From assembly GCA_951406725.2 (NCBI GenBank), contig OX597826.1, positions 19,778,001 to 19,842,000 on the forward strand: 64,000 nt of DNA, read 5' to 3'. A program made the position numbers and the translations under genes. Source of the stretch: Octopus vulgaris. Its lineage: Eukaryota. The notes beneath the pieces are model-generated. The model saw only the letters and a program-made list of their open reading frames with translations. It was not told the origin of the DNA and did not search any database. Below, piece by piece: positions 51,654 through 64,000 of this stretch; position 1 is the stretch's first letter, and each line of letters begins with the position of its first letter.

Positions 51654-52601
51654 TAATCTTTATACCCAATGTACACACACACACACACACGCATCTATAT
51701 GCACTTGCATACGTACATGCATACTCACACATTTGCATACCCGTACGTACACAACTACATAGCCACATCAGCGTATATACTAGTACCCATATCAGAATAT
51801 TCAGTCTTAATTGTCGTTTTTAGCCTTGTACTGAGGGGCTGCTGGCGTGAATGTATTGTTTTAGATGTAGGCATGGATTGGAGAGAAAAATATAGGAAAA
51901 TCCATTTTGCGGTGGGTGCTAGAAAAATATTGGATCCAGGAAGTGTCATTCTTCCTTGCCAGTTGATGAGGAAATTTTACAATAGGGTAGAGTAAATTTA
52001 TTGCTGTTGGGACACTCGTTTCTAGTGTTTACTCAGTTTTCTGAGTACTTAACTCTGAATAAAATACATGTTCTTTCTGTTGAATAAAGACAGCATTTTC
52101 TTGCACACCAGATAGATGGTCTCTGACATGTTAGGATCTTTACACGTACTGCAAATGCATTGTGGGATGTCATCAAGGATAAGTATGGATGTATATATAT
52201 ATTTTCTGCTCTATTTTAAGAATTACTCACCAATACCGAAAATACCAGTCTCTAAACCAGAATCAAGACTCTTCTAGAATTCATATATCACATTTCTTTT
52301 CCTAAAAGTAATAAAAGTATCATTCTGAGGAAGAAATCTTAGCGGTTCACCAATAGCGTTTTTTTAGAATAGTGAATCTTAAACTTTACATGTTATAGTG
52401 TGTTAATATTCTTTCTCTTGGTAGGGATTACAATGCTTGTCTGCTGAATAAAAACGAAGGTGCATGCACGACTACGGAACGAGATACACTGATGCCAACT
52501 AACTGCCGTAAGTACCTATTCTTACCAAGTTCTATTTATCACAATTGATTTGTAATTCTTATTGATCCAATCCTTTCATTTTCTTAAAGACAGCTATATA
52601 A

Positions 52602-53045
52602 GCGCAGGCGTGGATGTGCGGTTGGCTGTGTGGTAAGAAGCTTGTTTTACAACCATATGATTCCGGGTTCAGTCCCACTGCATGGCACTTTGGACAAGTG
52701 TCTCCTACTATAACCACGGATCAACCAAAGCCTTGTAAAAGGATTTGGTAGACGGAAACTGAAAGAAGCCTGTCGTATATATATGTGTGTATGTATATAT
52801 GTATGTGTATATATTTATGTGTGTGTATCTTTGTTTCTGTCTTTGTCCCTTCACCATCGCTTGACAACCGATGTTGGTGTGTTTACATCCCCGTAAGTTA
52901 GCAGTTCGGCAAAAGAGACCGATGGAATAATTATTCTTTGTAAGCCTAGAGGCTTACAAAGAATAAAGTACTGAGGTCGATTTCTTCGACTAAAAACCCT
53001 TTAAGGTGGTTCTCCAGCATGGCCGCAATCAAATGACTGAAACAC
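52602..53045 (+). mobile_element. tRNA-derived SINE (octopod-like)
   Basis: A box tggctgtgtgg, B box ggttcagtcc, internal (TA/TG)n, tail ccagcatggccgcaatcaaatgactgaaac then A-rich sequence. Confidence 0.8.
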
Positions 53046-53339
53046 GAATTGAAGAATAAAATGAAAAAATAAAACAATATGATTCAACATATACTATATA
53101 ATTCTATGTTCTACCCATAATTCTGTCCTTGTGATTTAAGATCGTAATACTTGTCGGTGCGTTGGTATTTCAAATAACGGCGAAAAGTATTTTATTCTCT
53201 TCTGATCTACTGTTGTTAGTATTTGTATTGTAAGTCTGTATATATGTTATCATACAGTTATTATTATACTATGAGCCTTCCATAGTAGCTTTCTCTCCTT
53301 CACTTACAAAGCATTTCTGCTTTATTTACAAATATTCTG

Positions 53340-53670
53340 GGGGAGGGCAGTCGATTAAATCGACCCCAGTACGCAACTGGTACTTAATTTATCGACCCCA
53401 AAATGATGAAAGCAAAGTCGAACGCGGCGGAATTTGAACTCAGAAAGTAAAGACAGACGAAATATCTATTTCTTTACTACCCACAAGGGGCTAAACACAG
53501 AGGAGACAAACAAGACAGACAGACGGATTAAGTCGATTATATCGACCCCAGTGCGTAACTGGTACTTAATTTATCGACCCCGAAAGGATGAAAGGCAAAG
53601 TCGACCTCGGCGAAATTTGAACTCAGAACGTAACTGCAGACGAAATACCGCTAAGCATCTCGCCCGGTGT
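53340..53670 (-). mobile_element. Two tandem copies of a second tRNA-derived SINE
   Basis: cgaccccagt.cg.aactggtacttaatttatcgacccc..gatgaaag.caaagtcga..cggcg.aatttgaactcagaa twice. B-box-like gagttcaaatt on the minus strand. Confidence 0.75.
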
Positions 53671-53836
53671 AGTATAAAACAGTTCAAGAATATATTCATT
53701 AAATTTGGCTGAAAATGACGGATGAGCGTTTGGCTCAATTGGAATCGCAAAGGAGCCGTGTTAGCATTGATTTGTGGATTCGATTCTGGATAAGGTTAGC
53801 TCATCCATTTTCGGTCATTTGTATTTAAAAATTGTC

Positions 53837-54048
53837 GGAAGGTCTTACGTAATGGATGCATTTCTTAATATATATTACGCTGATCTGAAACGTACATATA
53901 ATTGGTTTCAAAATATCACTGGTTTGAATTCATTCTTACGAATTGTAAAAATGAATTCAAACCAAACAGTGATATTTTGAAAGCAATTATGCGTACGTTT
54001 TAGGTCGGCGTAATATATAAGAAATGCATCCATTTCGTAAGACCTTCC
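53837..54048. repeat. ~210-bp hairpin (MITE-like fold-back)
   Basis: ggaaggtcttacg.aatggatgcatttctta...gaattcatt / aatgaattc...taagaaatgcatccatt.cgtaagaccttcc with almost no loop. Confidence 0.85.
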
Positions 54049-54241
54049 TCAATTAAAACATTCCAAAATATGAAACAGCCGATGGAAATATTTCAATATA
54101 TATGGTCACAGCGGTAAATTGGCTACTAAGAATGAATATGTATGGAGAGGGGGGGAGTGAGATAGGAAGAGAGAGGGAGAGAAGAGTAACAGTAACAGGA
54201 GTAAGAGCACGAAGAGGAGAGAGAGAGACGAAAGGAGGGAA

Positions 54242-54294
<53 letters not shown>

Positions 54295-55097
54295 GAGGTA
54301 GTGGGGAAAGAAAGAAAGGAAGATATACGAGTGGATTCTATTGAAAGGAATGAGATGGCTGTACCTGTATGTTTGCATACAAAATCAATGAAAACGAACA
54401 AAGAGTAGAGAATTAAGGTCATGAATTTGGGGCGAAGACGGGGAAGTAATAAACCAGATATTAGGATGTTGTTAAGAGTTTTAGTAGTGAATGGAATAGG
54501 TAGTATATAGCTTCCATCTTCAATCCAGTATTAAGACAACTGAATATGAAGACATGCACTGGATGGCCAAAATATCGTTCTTACCTCATCTTGCTCCCTG
54601 CACTACAGAATGCATTGCTGCAGCCGCCTTCCCATTCGTTGAACCATGGAGGCTTCTTTGCCAGAGTCCGCCGAACCCAATCTTCACATGCATTGGTAAG
54701 CAAGCCCCAATTTGCCAATTAACCCATAGCTGGGGCCCTAACAGGTATTATTACTACGGGTCAGAGTAGACTGGGAGTAGTAGTACCTACATACCAACCT
54801 GCATACATACATACTCGCACACACACACAGATATACATACATACATACATACATACATACATACATACATACATACATACATACATACATACACACATAC
54901 ACATGCACACAAGCTTGAAGACCGTATAATTGACACGAAGCGCAGCCTCTCTTGGACACAAGACCACGACATCACATCACACTTTGAAGGTTATGCATTT
55001 GCAATCTAGGAACAGGTGATTGCCACAAAGTATCTTGCGAACAAGAGAGACAGTGATGCTGTTGTAATCCCAAGGTGCAACCGCATGTGTAGGCTAT

Positions 55098-55395
55098 GTC
55101 GGTCTTTTGCCGAACCGCTAAGTTAAAGGGACGTAACAAACCAGCATTGGTTGTCAGACGATGATGGGAGGACAAACACAAACACACAAACGTATACACA
55201 CACACACACACAAATACATACATATGTATATATATATACGACGGGCTTCTTTCAGTTAGGTGTCTACCAAATCCACTCACAAGGCTTTGGTCAGCCCGAG
55301 GTTATAGAAGAAGACACTTGCCCAAGGTGCCACGCAGTGAGACTGAACCCGGAACCATGTGGCTGGTAAGCAAGATTTTACCACACAGCCACTAT
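55098..55395 (-). mobile_element. SINE, same family as 52602-53045
   Basis: Reverse-complement similarity, including gactgaacccgg and ccacacagccac. Confidence 0.8.
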
Positions 55396-55779
55396 ACACA
55401 GCCATTCCTACGCCTACATATACACATCTACATATACATATGTGTATGAGTATGTAAGTGTGTGTGTATGTGCTTGTGTGCGTGTGTGCGCGCGCGTATG
55501 TTCCTTATGCATTCGAGAAATTAGTTGCTGATTTTGACGTATGGAGTATCAAAAGATTCAGCAATCTTTCGCCTACCAAATAAACTTTATTTTCATTTAC
55601 ATATTTGCATTTCAAAAATTTAACACTATAATATTTCTATAAGTTTACTATCGTAAGCGACATTTTATGCCACCACCACCACCACCAGCACGACGTTACA
55701 TATTCTATATGCGTGTGTATGGGTCTGTGAATGAATCTGTGTTTGCGCGTCCGTAACAGATTATTCAAATATATGTGTC

Positions 55780-58700
55780 GACCTGTAACAGATAAGAAAA
55801 AAGAAAAACAGCAGTCAAGGCCCAAACCATGCTATGGGTGAGGAGAAATACATTATAAAAGAAACTGACCTTTTAAAAATCTTAAATGTTTTGGATTTGG
55901 AAAAATCGGACATAAGAATTCACATTGTTGGGTGAGCCAAAAAAGTTGGAATGAAAAAGTTCGAGAAAAAATGTATTGCCAACACAAATGCAAAGCGAGG
56001 CATAAAAAAGAAACTTTGTCTCCATAAAAATAAATAATGCGAATATCAGACTGCTGTTGGACATAGGTAGTGATATCACAATAATTAACGATGACTCATG
56101 AAGAAAAATAGGAAAACTTACATTGAAAAAACTTCGAAAATTGCGCAAGGTATTTTAGGGAAACAATTGCGATTTTGGGGCGAAAATGATAAGTGAGGTG
56201 ACATTCCGTAGAAAAATTTTGAAAGCCAAAGTTTTTGTATTAAAAAATACGACAGGCTTATTTGGCACAGACTGGATGGAACCTCCCATAAATATTTTTT
56301 GTTATAATGTAAACGGTTCTTACGCCAGGTTCTTACGTCGGAGGTTTTAAAAAAGTAAATTAAAAAAGATTTTTCCTGTTGTTTTTTTTCTGAAGAATTA
56401 GGTAGGTGCACCAAGACAAAAATAAAATTTCAAGTGAAAGAAAACGCTGTACAGGTATTTAAACCGAAGCGAGCTGTACCTTTCGTAGCGTTGAATCAAG
56501 TCAACGGGGAATTGGACAGACTTGAAAAGTTTGGAGTTATAGAAAAAAACTGATTATCCAGAATGGGCATCACCAACTGCTTATGTAAAGAAAAAAAGAA
56601 AATACGAGTATGCGTTGACTTTTCAACAGGCTTGAACGAATGTTTGATGACATACAATTATCCATTACCATGTTCAGAGGAAATTTTTTGAGAAATGGAG
56701 GACAATTTTTTTCAAAGTTGGACTTTTCGGAGGCCTATTTACAGTTACATGTCGAGGAGGAATGTTCGAAATTATTAACGATAAACACCCGTAAAGGTTA
56801 TATAAATTTGGGATAAAGGTATTTTTCAACAGGTGATGGACACTGTGCTTGTGGATACGGATTTCGCTATAGATTACTTGGATGACATACTTATAAAAAG
56901 TGAGTCTCAAGGCCAGCATGAGGAACATTTTAAAAAGATCTTTGAAAGAATAAAGGAGTATGTATTTAAACTTAGCGAGGAAAGATGCGAACTTTCCATG
57001 CCAGAAATAAAGTATCTAGGGCAAGTTATCGATAAAAATGGTCGCAGGCCAGATCCTTCAGGATCGAAGAAATTAAAAATGTTTTAACATCAGAAGTGTC
57101 ATTATCGCACTTTGATCCAAATTTAAAAACGGTAGTAGCACCAGATGCTAGCGAAAGTAGTATAGGAGTGGTAATTTTATACAAGTATGAAAATGGTAGC
57201 CTAAAATCCATCGCTCATACTTCACGTTTATTGTTGGCGGCTGAAAAAAAAACTAGTCAAATTGAGAAGGCGGTGTTAGCCATTATTTTTGCCGTGAAAA
57301 AATTTCACAAATTCATACATGGAAGGAAATTCAGTCTGCAGCCAGATCACCGCCTCTCTTTGTCAATTTACGGATCGAAAATGGGTATCCCCACACATAC
57401 AGCCAATCGAATGCAGCGCTGGGGGACGATCCTGCTAAATTATGACTTCAAGATGGAATTTCTACCATCGAAAAAACTGGGACATGCGGATGGTCTGTCA
57501 AGATTGATACCTAAATACAATGAACCGTTAAAGGACACATTAATAGCGGCATTAAAAGCTGAAATCGAAATAAAAAGAAATATATTCTGCAACGTAGTAT
57601 GTGAACTACCTGTCACTTTAGAAGATATAAAAAATCAAAGCAGAGAAGGATATGATCATAATAAAAATGAAAAACATAGTGAAGTCAGAAACAAATATAA
57701 CAACTCATGTAGCCGAGCGTAACACAGTTTCGAAATGGTATTCGATATGTGATGACGTACTTATGTACGCCCAGAGGTAATACATGTTTCTTTGCAAAAT
57801 TGTATGCTTAAAGAATTTCACATGGGACACCCAGGAATCGCGAGAATGAAAGCACTGATGAGGAGCGACGTCTACTGGCCGAATATGGATCAGGATATTG
57901 AAAAGTTGGTGAAAGCCTGCAGGGATTGTGCCCTGACAGCAAAAGCACCACCTATAAAAATTCAGCCTTGGCCTGAGACTGACGTACCCTGGTCCAGATT
58001 ACACACAGACTTCCCAGGAGGGTTAAATGGAGGGTATTATTATGTAATAGCTGTGGATAGTTACACGAAATGCCCAGAAATATGAAAATGTATGAAGCCA
58101 ACCTCCAAAGTAATAAATGGAATTTCTGGACGAATTTCTGCTCGATATAGCCTCCCAGACACTATAGTGTTTGATAACGGAATACAGTTCACGTCGAAGG
58201 AATTTAAAAACTTTTGCAAAATGCATGCAGTGGAGCATATTACTGCTCCGCCATACCATCCGAGATCGAATGGACTAGCGGAACGTTTTGTAGACACGTT
58301 TAAAAGGGCGCTTAAAAAATCTAGAAATGAGCTACCAGCTGATATTGCATTGATGCAATTCTTAAGTGTCTACCGAATAACACCTAAGCCCAACACCAGA
58401 TATGTCGTCGACTGAATTCATGTTCCCCAGGAAAGTCAGGTCAATGTTTGACAAATTACTACCGGAAAGAAAAGAAAAAAGGAGAGAAACACTGAAAATA
58501 AGATAAAATACTTCAAAATCGGTGACAAGGTGTTTTTTAAAATATACAGAAATGGAAAGAAAAGTTGGGAAGAATGTATAATATGTAAACGTTTAGGAAA
58601 AATAGTGTACATAGTAAAAGGTCATACGTAGGAACGCAAAAGACATTTAAACCAACTGAAAAAAGGTCTACGGAAGAAAGAATAAAACATAATGAACCAA

Positions 58701-59168
58701 TGGAACTTCTTTATGACATTTTTGACATTCGAACCAACGAGTGCATCGACTAGGAAAAGAAAACAAACAGAATTTATACAAGTAGCGTCAAAACGACAAA
58801 AACATTCCAATTTCTTCTCGGGGAATTAGTGAAAAAAGTGGGGAGAGGTGGTAATAAATATATGATAAATAAAAGAAAAATATTGACTTCCAAGGAAATT
58901 CAAGCTCAAAAAGGGGAGGTGTTGTGGTGAAATCCTGATACCTCTGTGCGATAGCAAGTGAACTGTCCTAAATCTTATAAAGGCGCATGCGTACTGACAG
59001 TGCGATGTACAGTGTCATGTGTGCATTTGCATTTACGAAGGCAGTCACAGAAGTCGTTGAGAAGAGATATAAATTTGTTACGTTTGTTACTGATTTAGTT
59101 TTGGTAGTGTTATCACACTGTTACAGTGTAGTCTATATCCCTACGCACGAATATAAGAGATATTAACA
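55780..59168 (+). mobile_element. Decayed Ty3/Gypsy (Mag-like) LTR retrotransposon lacking the 5' LTR
   Basis: Twin CCHC remnant ~55826-55930, protease LLDIGSDITII, RT WASP/IRVCVDF/YLDDILI, RNase H DAS..IG/SQIEK/DHR, integrase HMGHPG/PWSRLHTDF/DNG.QF/SNGLAERFV, in Gypsy order. Confidence 0.9.
58920..59168 (+). repeat. Probable 3' LTR preceded by a polypurine tract
   Basis: aaaaaggggagg immediately followed by TGTTG ... TAACA. Right boundary inferred. Confidence 0.65.
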
Positions 59169-59189
59169 TTCAACTCAAGACTTTAGCTA

Positions 59190-59605
59190 CATGAAATTAC
59201 ATGCGATCAAATGATACTTTCTCTGAGGAATCTTATGAATAAAGTATTTCCTAATTTATCTGTCAATTACACTGATATAAACTGGTTGTGTGAAAAAACT
59301 ATACTGGTTCCAACTGATGAACTTCTTCAAAAGTTAACAGATACATCAGAAATGACTTTCCGATCAACTGACAACAGTCGATCAAGATTAGGTTATTCAA
59401 TACGCTGTTGAATTTCTGATCACACGTAAACCCACTGGAATACCACTGCATAACTCGACACTAAAACTGGAGGCTCCTATTATGTTGCTTAGGGATTTTG
59501 ACCCATCTCACCTGTGTAATGGAACTTGCTTAATTGTCCATCAGGCAACAATCATAACAGGTAGTCAGAAAGGAGAAAATATCTTTATTCCCAAAATTTC
59601 TTTAC
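59190..59605 (+). mobile_element. Canonical Helitron PIF1 helicase fragment
   Basis: VFPNL..NY.DINWLCEKTILVPT, PTGIPLH..LKLEAPIMLLRDFDP..LCNGT.LIV, ATIITG..KGENIFIPKI. Confidence 0.8.
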
Positions 59606-59609
59606 GTTT

Positions 59610-59870
59610 GTGTAACGACCCATACATCGTCATCAACTTTCTCGTCCTTCTATCCAGTGTTGATATTTCCTTCTTAGTCCATTTGAGGATGGACGCACTA
59701 TATCTGACCACAGCAACTCCCCAGATATTCATTGCAGTAATCAAAGTTTTGGCATTGAGGTTGGATTTCAACACCATCTTCACCCTTTTTTGATACGCCT
59801 CGCTGACCTTGACTTTTATTTCTCTTCGTAGAATGTCATCCAGATCCAAAATCCCTAAATAAACATACCA
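59610..59870 (-). mobile_element. R4/Dong-like RT fragment
   Basis: YLGI, Y.KRVK.VLKSNLNAK..ITAMNIW.VAVVRYS..ILKW...LDRRTRKLMTMYGSL. Confidence 0.8.
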
Positions 59871-60279
59871 GAAGAACTATGCCTCAGAGAAATCCAAAAG
59901 ATTGTGCTGACAAGTACTGCCCACATCCTTAGATAAAGCCTATCAGTTTAAATGTTTGTGTTGTATTACATGGTGATATTTCGCTACTGCCCCCTCCCCA
60001 AGCTTTCAACCATACTGTAACATCGCTTACCCTTCACTCGCCCTTGGACGCTGGGTGAGTTTCGGTAAGCGATTATAACAAAGGTGCAGCTTAAAAGTAA
60101 ATAACAATAATCACTGCATCGACCAGACCAAACTATGGAATGTTGTCATACGCCGCTGGTTTCGAAAGTGCTTCCTCGCATTAGGCCGGCCAACTCTTTC
60201 TCTGAACGAGTCGCTAGTCTGTCGCACGGTTGCCCATTTACAGCTGAGCGTTCTCCTGCCCCATTTATATTCCATTCAT

Positions 60280-61047
60280 TTTAATCCTTATCTTTCATCA
60301 ATAATTTTAACAAATCAGTGAATACTTCATTGTTCACAACTTCTAACCAACGTTCCACTAGTTTGCCAATGCATTGACCATAGAAATCCATGGGTCTTGA
60401 TTCGGAGAATTCATCGAGCCATGTTTTCAGCTCCATTCCGTTGTTGGAGGAAAAGCCTCGCAGACTGTTGGACAGCAATCGAAAAAATATATATATAATC
60501 TGTAAAAGGTCATACGTCAGGAAAATATGATGGGTGTGGTAGAACTTACCAGTCGAGATTTTGAATAGTATTTTTAATCAAATTAACTATGCGTGATCGA
60601 GCATTGTTGTATCGAAGTTGCACGCCCTGTCGTCGATGGGGTCATTTCAGTTGAATTACTTCAGTATTCATTGAGTAAATGTGACGAATGACTAACGCAA
60701 AGTCTACAAGTATGAAAATCATAGTGCCTTCTCCGTACAAATATCTTGGAGCTATTTTGGCAGCTTTGAAACCTTGATTGAAAGTGAAGATAAAAAGGTG
60801 TTGAAAATACTCTTTTTTGGTACTTGGCTCTCCATCGTCATATGTCTGAAAAAAAAGGTAAAATTTATTTAAATTAGCCAATAAAAAGTTATAGAGGAAG
60901 AATAGAGTTACACAAAAAGAAACACTATATTTTTATTTATATATTTATCTATTTTTTGGTTGAGTAGTTCTATTATTTCGATAAAAATATTTTTAGTGTT
61001 AATTCAAATAACATTGTAAAAGTGATCGAATTTATCTGACAACCCAA
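60280..61047 (-). mobile_element. Highly decayed mariner
   Basis: LSNSLRG..F...ELKTWLDEF..S....FY...I.KLVERW..VV. N-terminal FQH....FNQG.KA. TIR remnant ctgacaacccaa. Confidence 0.7.
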
Positions 61048-61762
61048 CATATTTTATTTTACAGGATGTTATGTGGTATGTAATGAACAGTTCCGAAATA
61101 CTCTCAGCAGTCGACAAGCCCATTTTTGCTAGTAAGTAATAACATATTCCAGTTATAAGATAGGTAATGAAGTTTCTCCACAAAGTCGACACGTACCATT
61201 GTGGGAACAAATGTGTCGATTTTTATGAATATCATCAACGACTGTTGTTGGCTGCAAATCTTACACTGTTAGACTTGCTTGTCAGGTTTTGTTGATATGT
61301 TACATAATGAACGATATTCCTAAATATACTCACATACCATAAAGATAGGTTCCAACTCAAAATATTTCATTCGAAGACAAATGTCAACTATTGTTATTAT
61401 TAGGTCAGAATTCAGAAATATGTTTATGTTTATATTTTTAGAGTCTCTGACAATCGACTCATTGAAACAGAAAACAATTGTATTATTAACAATGAAAATG
61501 CGTAGACATGTCCACCTACTCATACAACTGTTTATTTCAGAAACACAGACACACACGCACACATGTACAGAGACACACAGAGATCTCCACACACACACAC
61601 TCACTCACACACATATACATATCAAACAGAAAGCAATAATGTGTTATATACATTTATTGAGCATCAAAATAATACATTCCTTGCGCACGTCCTCTTGTTT
61701 GTTATTGTTAATTTTATTGTCTGTTTACATGAATTGACCACACACACACACACACACACACA

Positions 61763-61818
<56 letters not shown>

Positions 61819-62544
61819 ATTATAATTTTCATTCGAAACACATAGACAGTGTAGAAGTGCTCAAAAGAAAAAGTTGGAATCTCTACTACTCTCTTCTTTG
61901 TCCTAATGGCCACATTCTCCCATGTGTATTCCCATAAGTGTACCTATTTATGTATGTAGGTATGTATCTATGTAGGGCCGGATATTTGTATATTCCTGTG
62001 TATCTACAACCTTGGCCAAAAGTATTAGGCCACCCAATGTTTTGGGGTTCTGCTATCTCAATGTTAATGAAACTCTTGTTCGTGGTAGATTATGGTATGT
62101 TTCACAATATACATCTGAAAATCACTTCTCTGCTAAAATCCTATTTCTAACTCTCTTTCTCCATATCACTAACTTCAACTAACTTTTTAACCACATAATA
62201 AATACCTCACGTCTCTCTCTCTTTTTTTCTAATCACGAGAAGCGTTACCGACGGGCTAAGTAACGGAATAACAATTGGTGTTAGTAATATTGTTACCGTG
62301 GGTTAGACTCAAAAATGTTGCTACTGTAAATTACTGTTTATAATATTGTAATTGTGGCTTATGTTACTGTGGATTTCATCAACAATGTTGTTTCCCCCCC
62401 CCCTACAATTCACTTCCGAACTGCACCAGTTTGTAGGCAATTGTGTAATTGCAGCCAAATTCGTTTGTGTGTCGACCTAAACCTCTCGAGCCAGTAGTGC
62501 ATGCTAATTTCATTAGCAAGTATTTCGTCTTGATGTTTGGTGAT

Positions 62545-63790
62545 AACATGCCTCCTCAAATCTCAAGAATTTTTCCTTAGGATTCTTGCAGAATATAGAA
62601 TGGCACTTTTCCGCAGATCAACAAGACCAAGTTCATTTCCAATGCCTTTTAGTCTTTTTGGTAGCATCATTTTGGGTATTGTGCCAACCGCACCTATTAC
62701 TACTGGAATAATTGTTGTCTTGGTCTTCCACAGTCTCCTCAACTCTCTTGATATTTCTCCATTTTTCAAGTTCTTTGGTATTGACCCTGCTATCATAGGG
62801 AATTACAAAATCTATTGAATATTTTGTCGTCTATAATCATCTCTGATCTTCTTGTCTCAGTAGTATGGTCATTCTTTATGGTGAAAGCCCACAAGGTCTT
62901 GTAATTCTCGTTTTCTATCACAGTCTCTGGTTCGTATTCATACAATTTTTCTGTTGTTTTGAGACTATACACTCAGCTAACATCCCATTGCATTCTTTTA
63001 CCTATACAGTCATGTCTTTGATACTAGTATCAAAAGATTATCACTCTTTTGATACTAGTATCAAAAGAGTATCACTCTTTTGATACTAGTATACTCTCGT
63101 TTCCTTTCCTGCAGATTCTACATTTACTGAGTTTTATTGATTTTTACCTTCATCAGATTTGTTCTAAAGATGTGTTCCTGAGCGGCTATAATTGAGGTTT
63201 TGCTTATCGTTTCAGGTTCCTGTAAACCAAAACGAAAGAATTTCACTTCCAACATTCTTGATCTTTGCGTCAATTGGACATGTAGATCCATTTCTTTCCA
63301 TTTATTTATTCTGTTGTTCTTCCTTTTCTTTTTGAATTTTCCTACTGTTTCAGTCACTTTTTGAGTATCTCTGGCTGCTGAAATTATTCTTTCTTTACTC
63401 TACACAACATAATTTTTCAGACCCAGTATTGCAGTACCAACAGTGTCTTTCGTGTTTAGTAATCCTCTACCACCTTCCCATCTTGACAGATAGAGTCGGG
63501 TGGTATCACTGGTAACAATGCACAATTCACACATGGAGTGCGTTGTGCATTGTTAGCAGCTTTGTGGTTCTTCTAGCGATATTCTGCAGCTCAGTCTTTT
63601 TCCTTTTCTGAAAGGGAGCAGAATATCTCAGTACTAGCACAGTCCATGTATTTATAGCTTTAATGCTGTTTCTTCCATTGAATTTATTTTCCAGCGCCTT
63701 CCTAATTCATTCGTTGTACTCTTTATTAACTTTCTTTCTCACTTCTATTTCCATTATGCCATTGTCTTGCAGCACTCTTAGATATTTGTG
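62545..63790 (-). mobile_element. R4/Dong-like non-LTR element, decayed 3' half
   Basis: INTW..LVLRYSA, RLYL.R..GGRGLL, WK...LH.Q, ET.S.IIAAQE, IIPVVIGAVGTI, LRKSAIL.SARILR. Confidence 0.8.
63016..63092. repeat. 31-bp tandem of a palindromic unit (about 2.5 copies)
   Basis: (t)ttgatactagtat(caaaag) recurs with its g at 63020, 63051 and 63082. Confidence 0.9.
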
Positions 63791-63819
63791 TCCCTCATGC
63801 TTAACGATATTTCACCCGT

Positions 63820-63970
63820 CACTATGTTCTGAGTTTAAATTCCGCCGACGTCGACTAGGCCTTGTATCCTTGTCGGGGTCGATAAAATGTATACCAGTTG
63901 AGCACCGGGGGTCGATGTATTCGACTTAGCCCCTCCCCCGAACCTGCTGGCCTTGTCCAACATTTTAAAC
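63820..63970 (+). mobile_element. SINE fragment related to 53340-53670, followed by (ATT)n
   Basis: ttctgagtttaaattccgccga.gtcgact..gcct..atcctt.tcggggtcgataaa..taccag. Confidence 0.7.
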
Positions 63971-64000
63971 CATTGTTATTATTATTATTATTATTATTAT

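Noticed and set aside
52602-52700. tRNA gene
   Set aside because: A and B boxes belong to a SINE head. There is no full cloverleaf, and a SINE body follows.
54554-54770. Possible CRE/R2-like RT scrap on the minus strand (W...ACLP..VKIGFGGL.QRS)
   Set aside because: A single short degenerate motif is not enough evidence.
63016-63092. CRISPR-like palindromic repeats
   Set aside because: Spacers are about 5 nt and the same, there are no cas genes, and the context is eukaryotic.

Overview
AT-rich, microsatellite-dense eukaryotic DNA made almost entirely of transposable-element remnants. I found no host gene, rRNA, tRNA gene or CRISPR array. The SINE families and the (TA)n/(CATA)n/(CA)n landscape resemble an octopod (Octopus-like) genome; this is an inference from recognition, not a database result. 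Elements present: a near-complete CR1-like LINE, a second 5'-truncated CR1/L2-like LINE, RTE and R4/Dong-like LINE fragments, several mariner (DD34D) copies, a DD41D-like element, a probable Chapaev3 remnant, two Helitron-type remnants, a decayed Gypsy element with PPT and 3' LTR, tRNA-derived SINEs, and many Penelope-like element (PLE) fragments. The main signal is about a dozen type-I hammerhead ribozyme motifs from several sequence families, many inside asymmetric fold-back palindromes planted in (TA)n tracts. These include U3:A8 core variants and forms with a very long stem II. Also notable: a PLE GIY-YIG endonuclease with a ~154-aa in-frame low-complexity insert between its GIY and YIG motifs, and near-identical inverted duplications around the first Helitron remnant. 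Coordinates were read by eye and may be off by a few bases.
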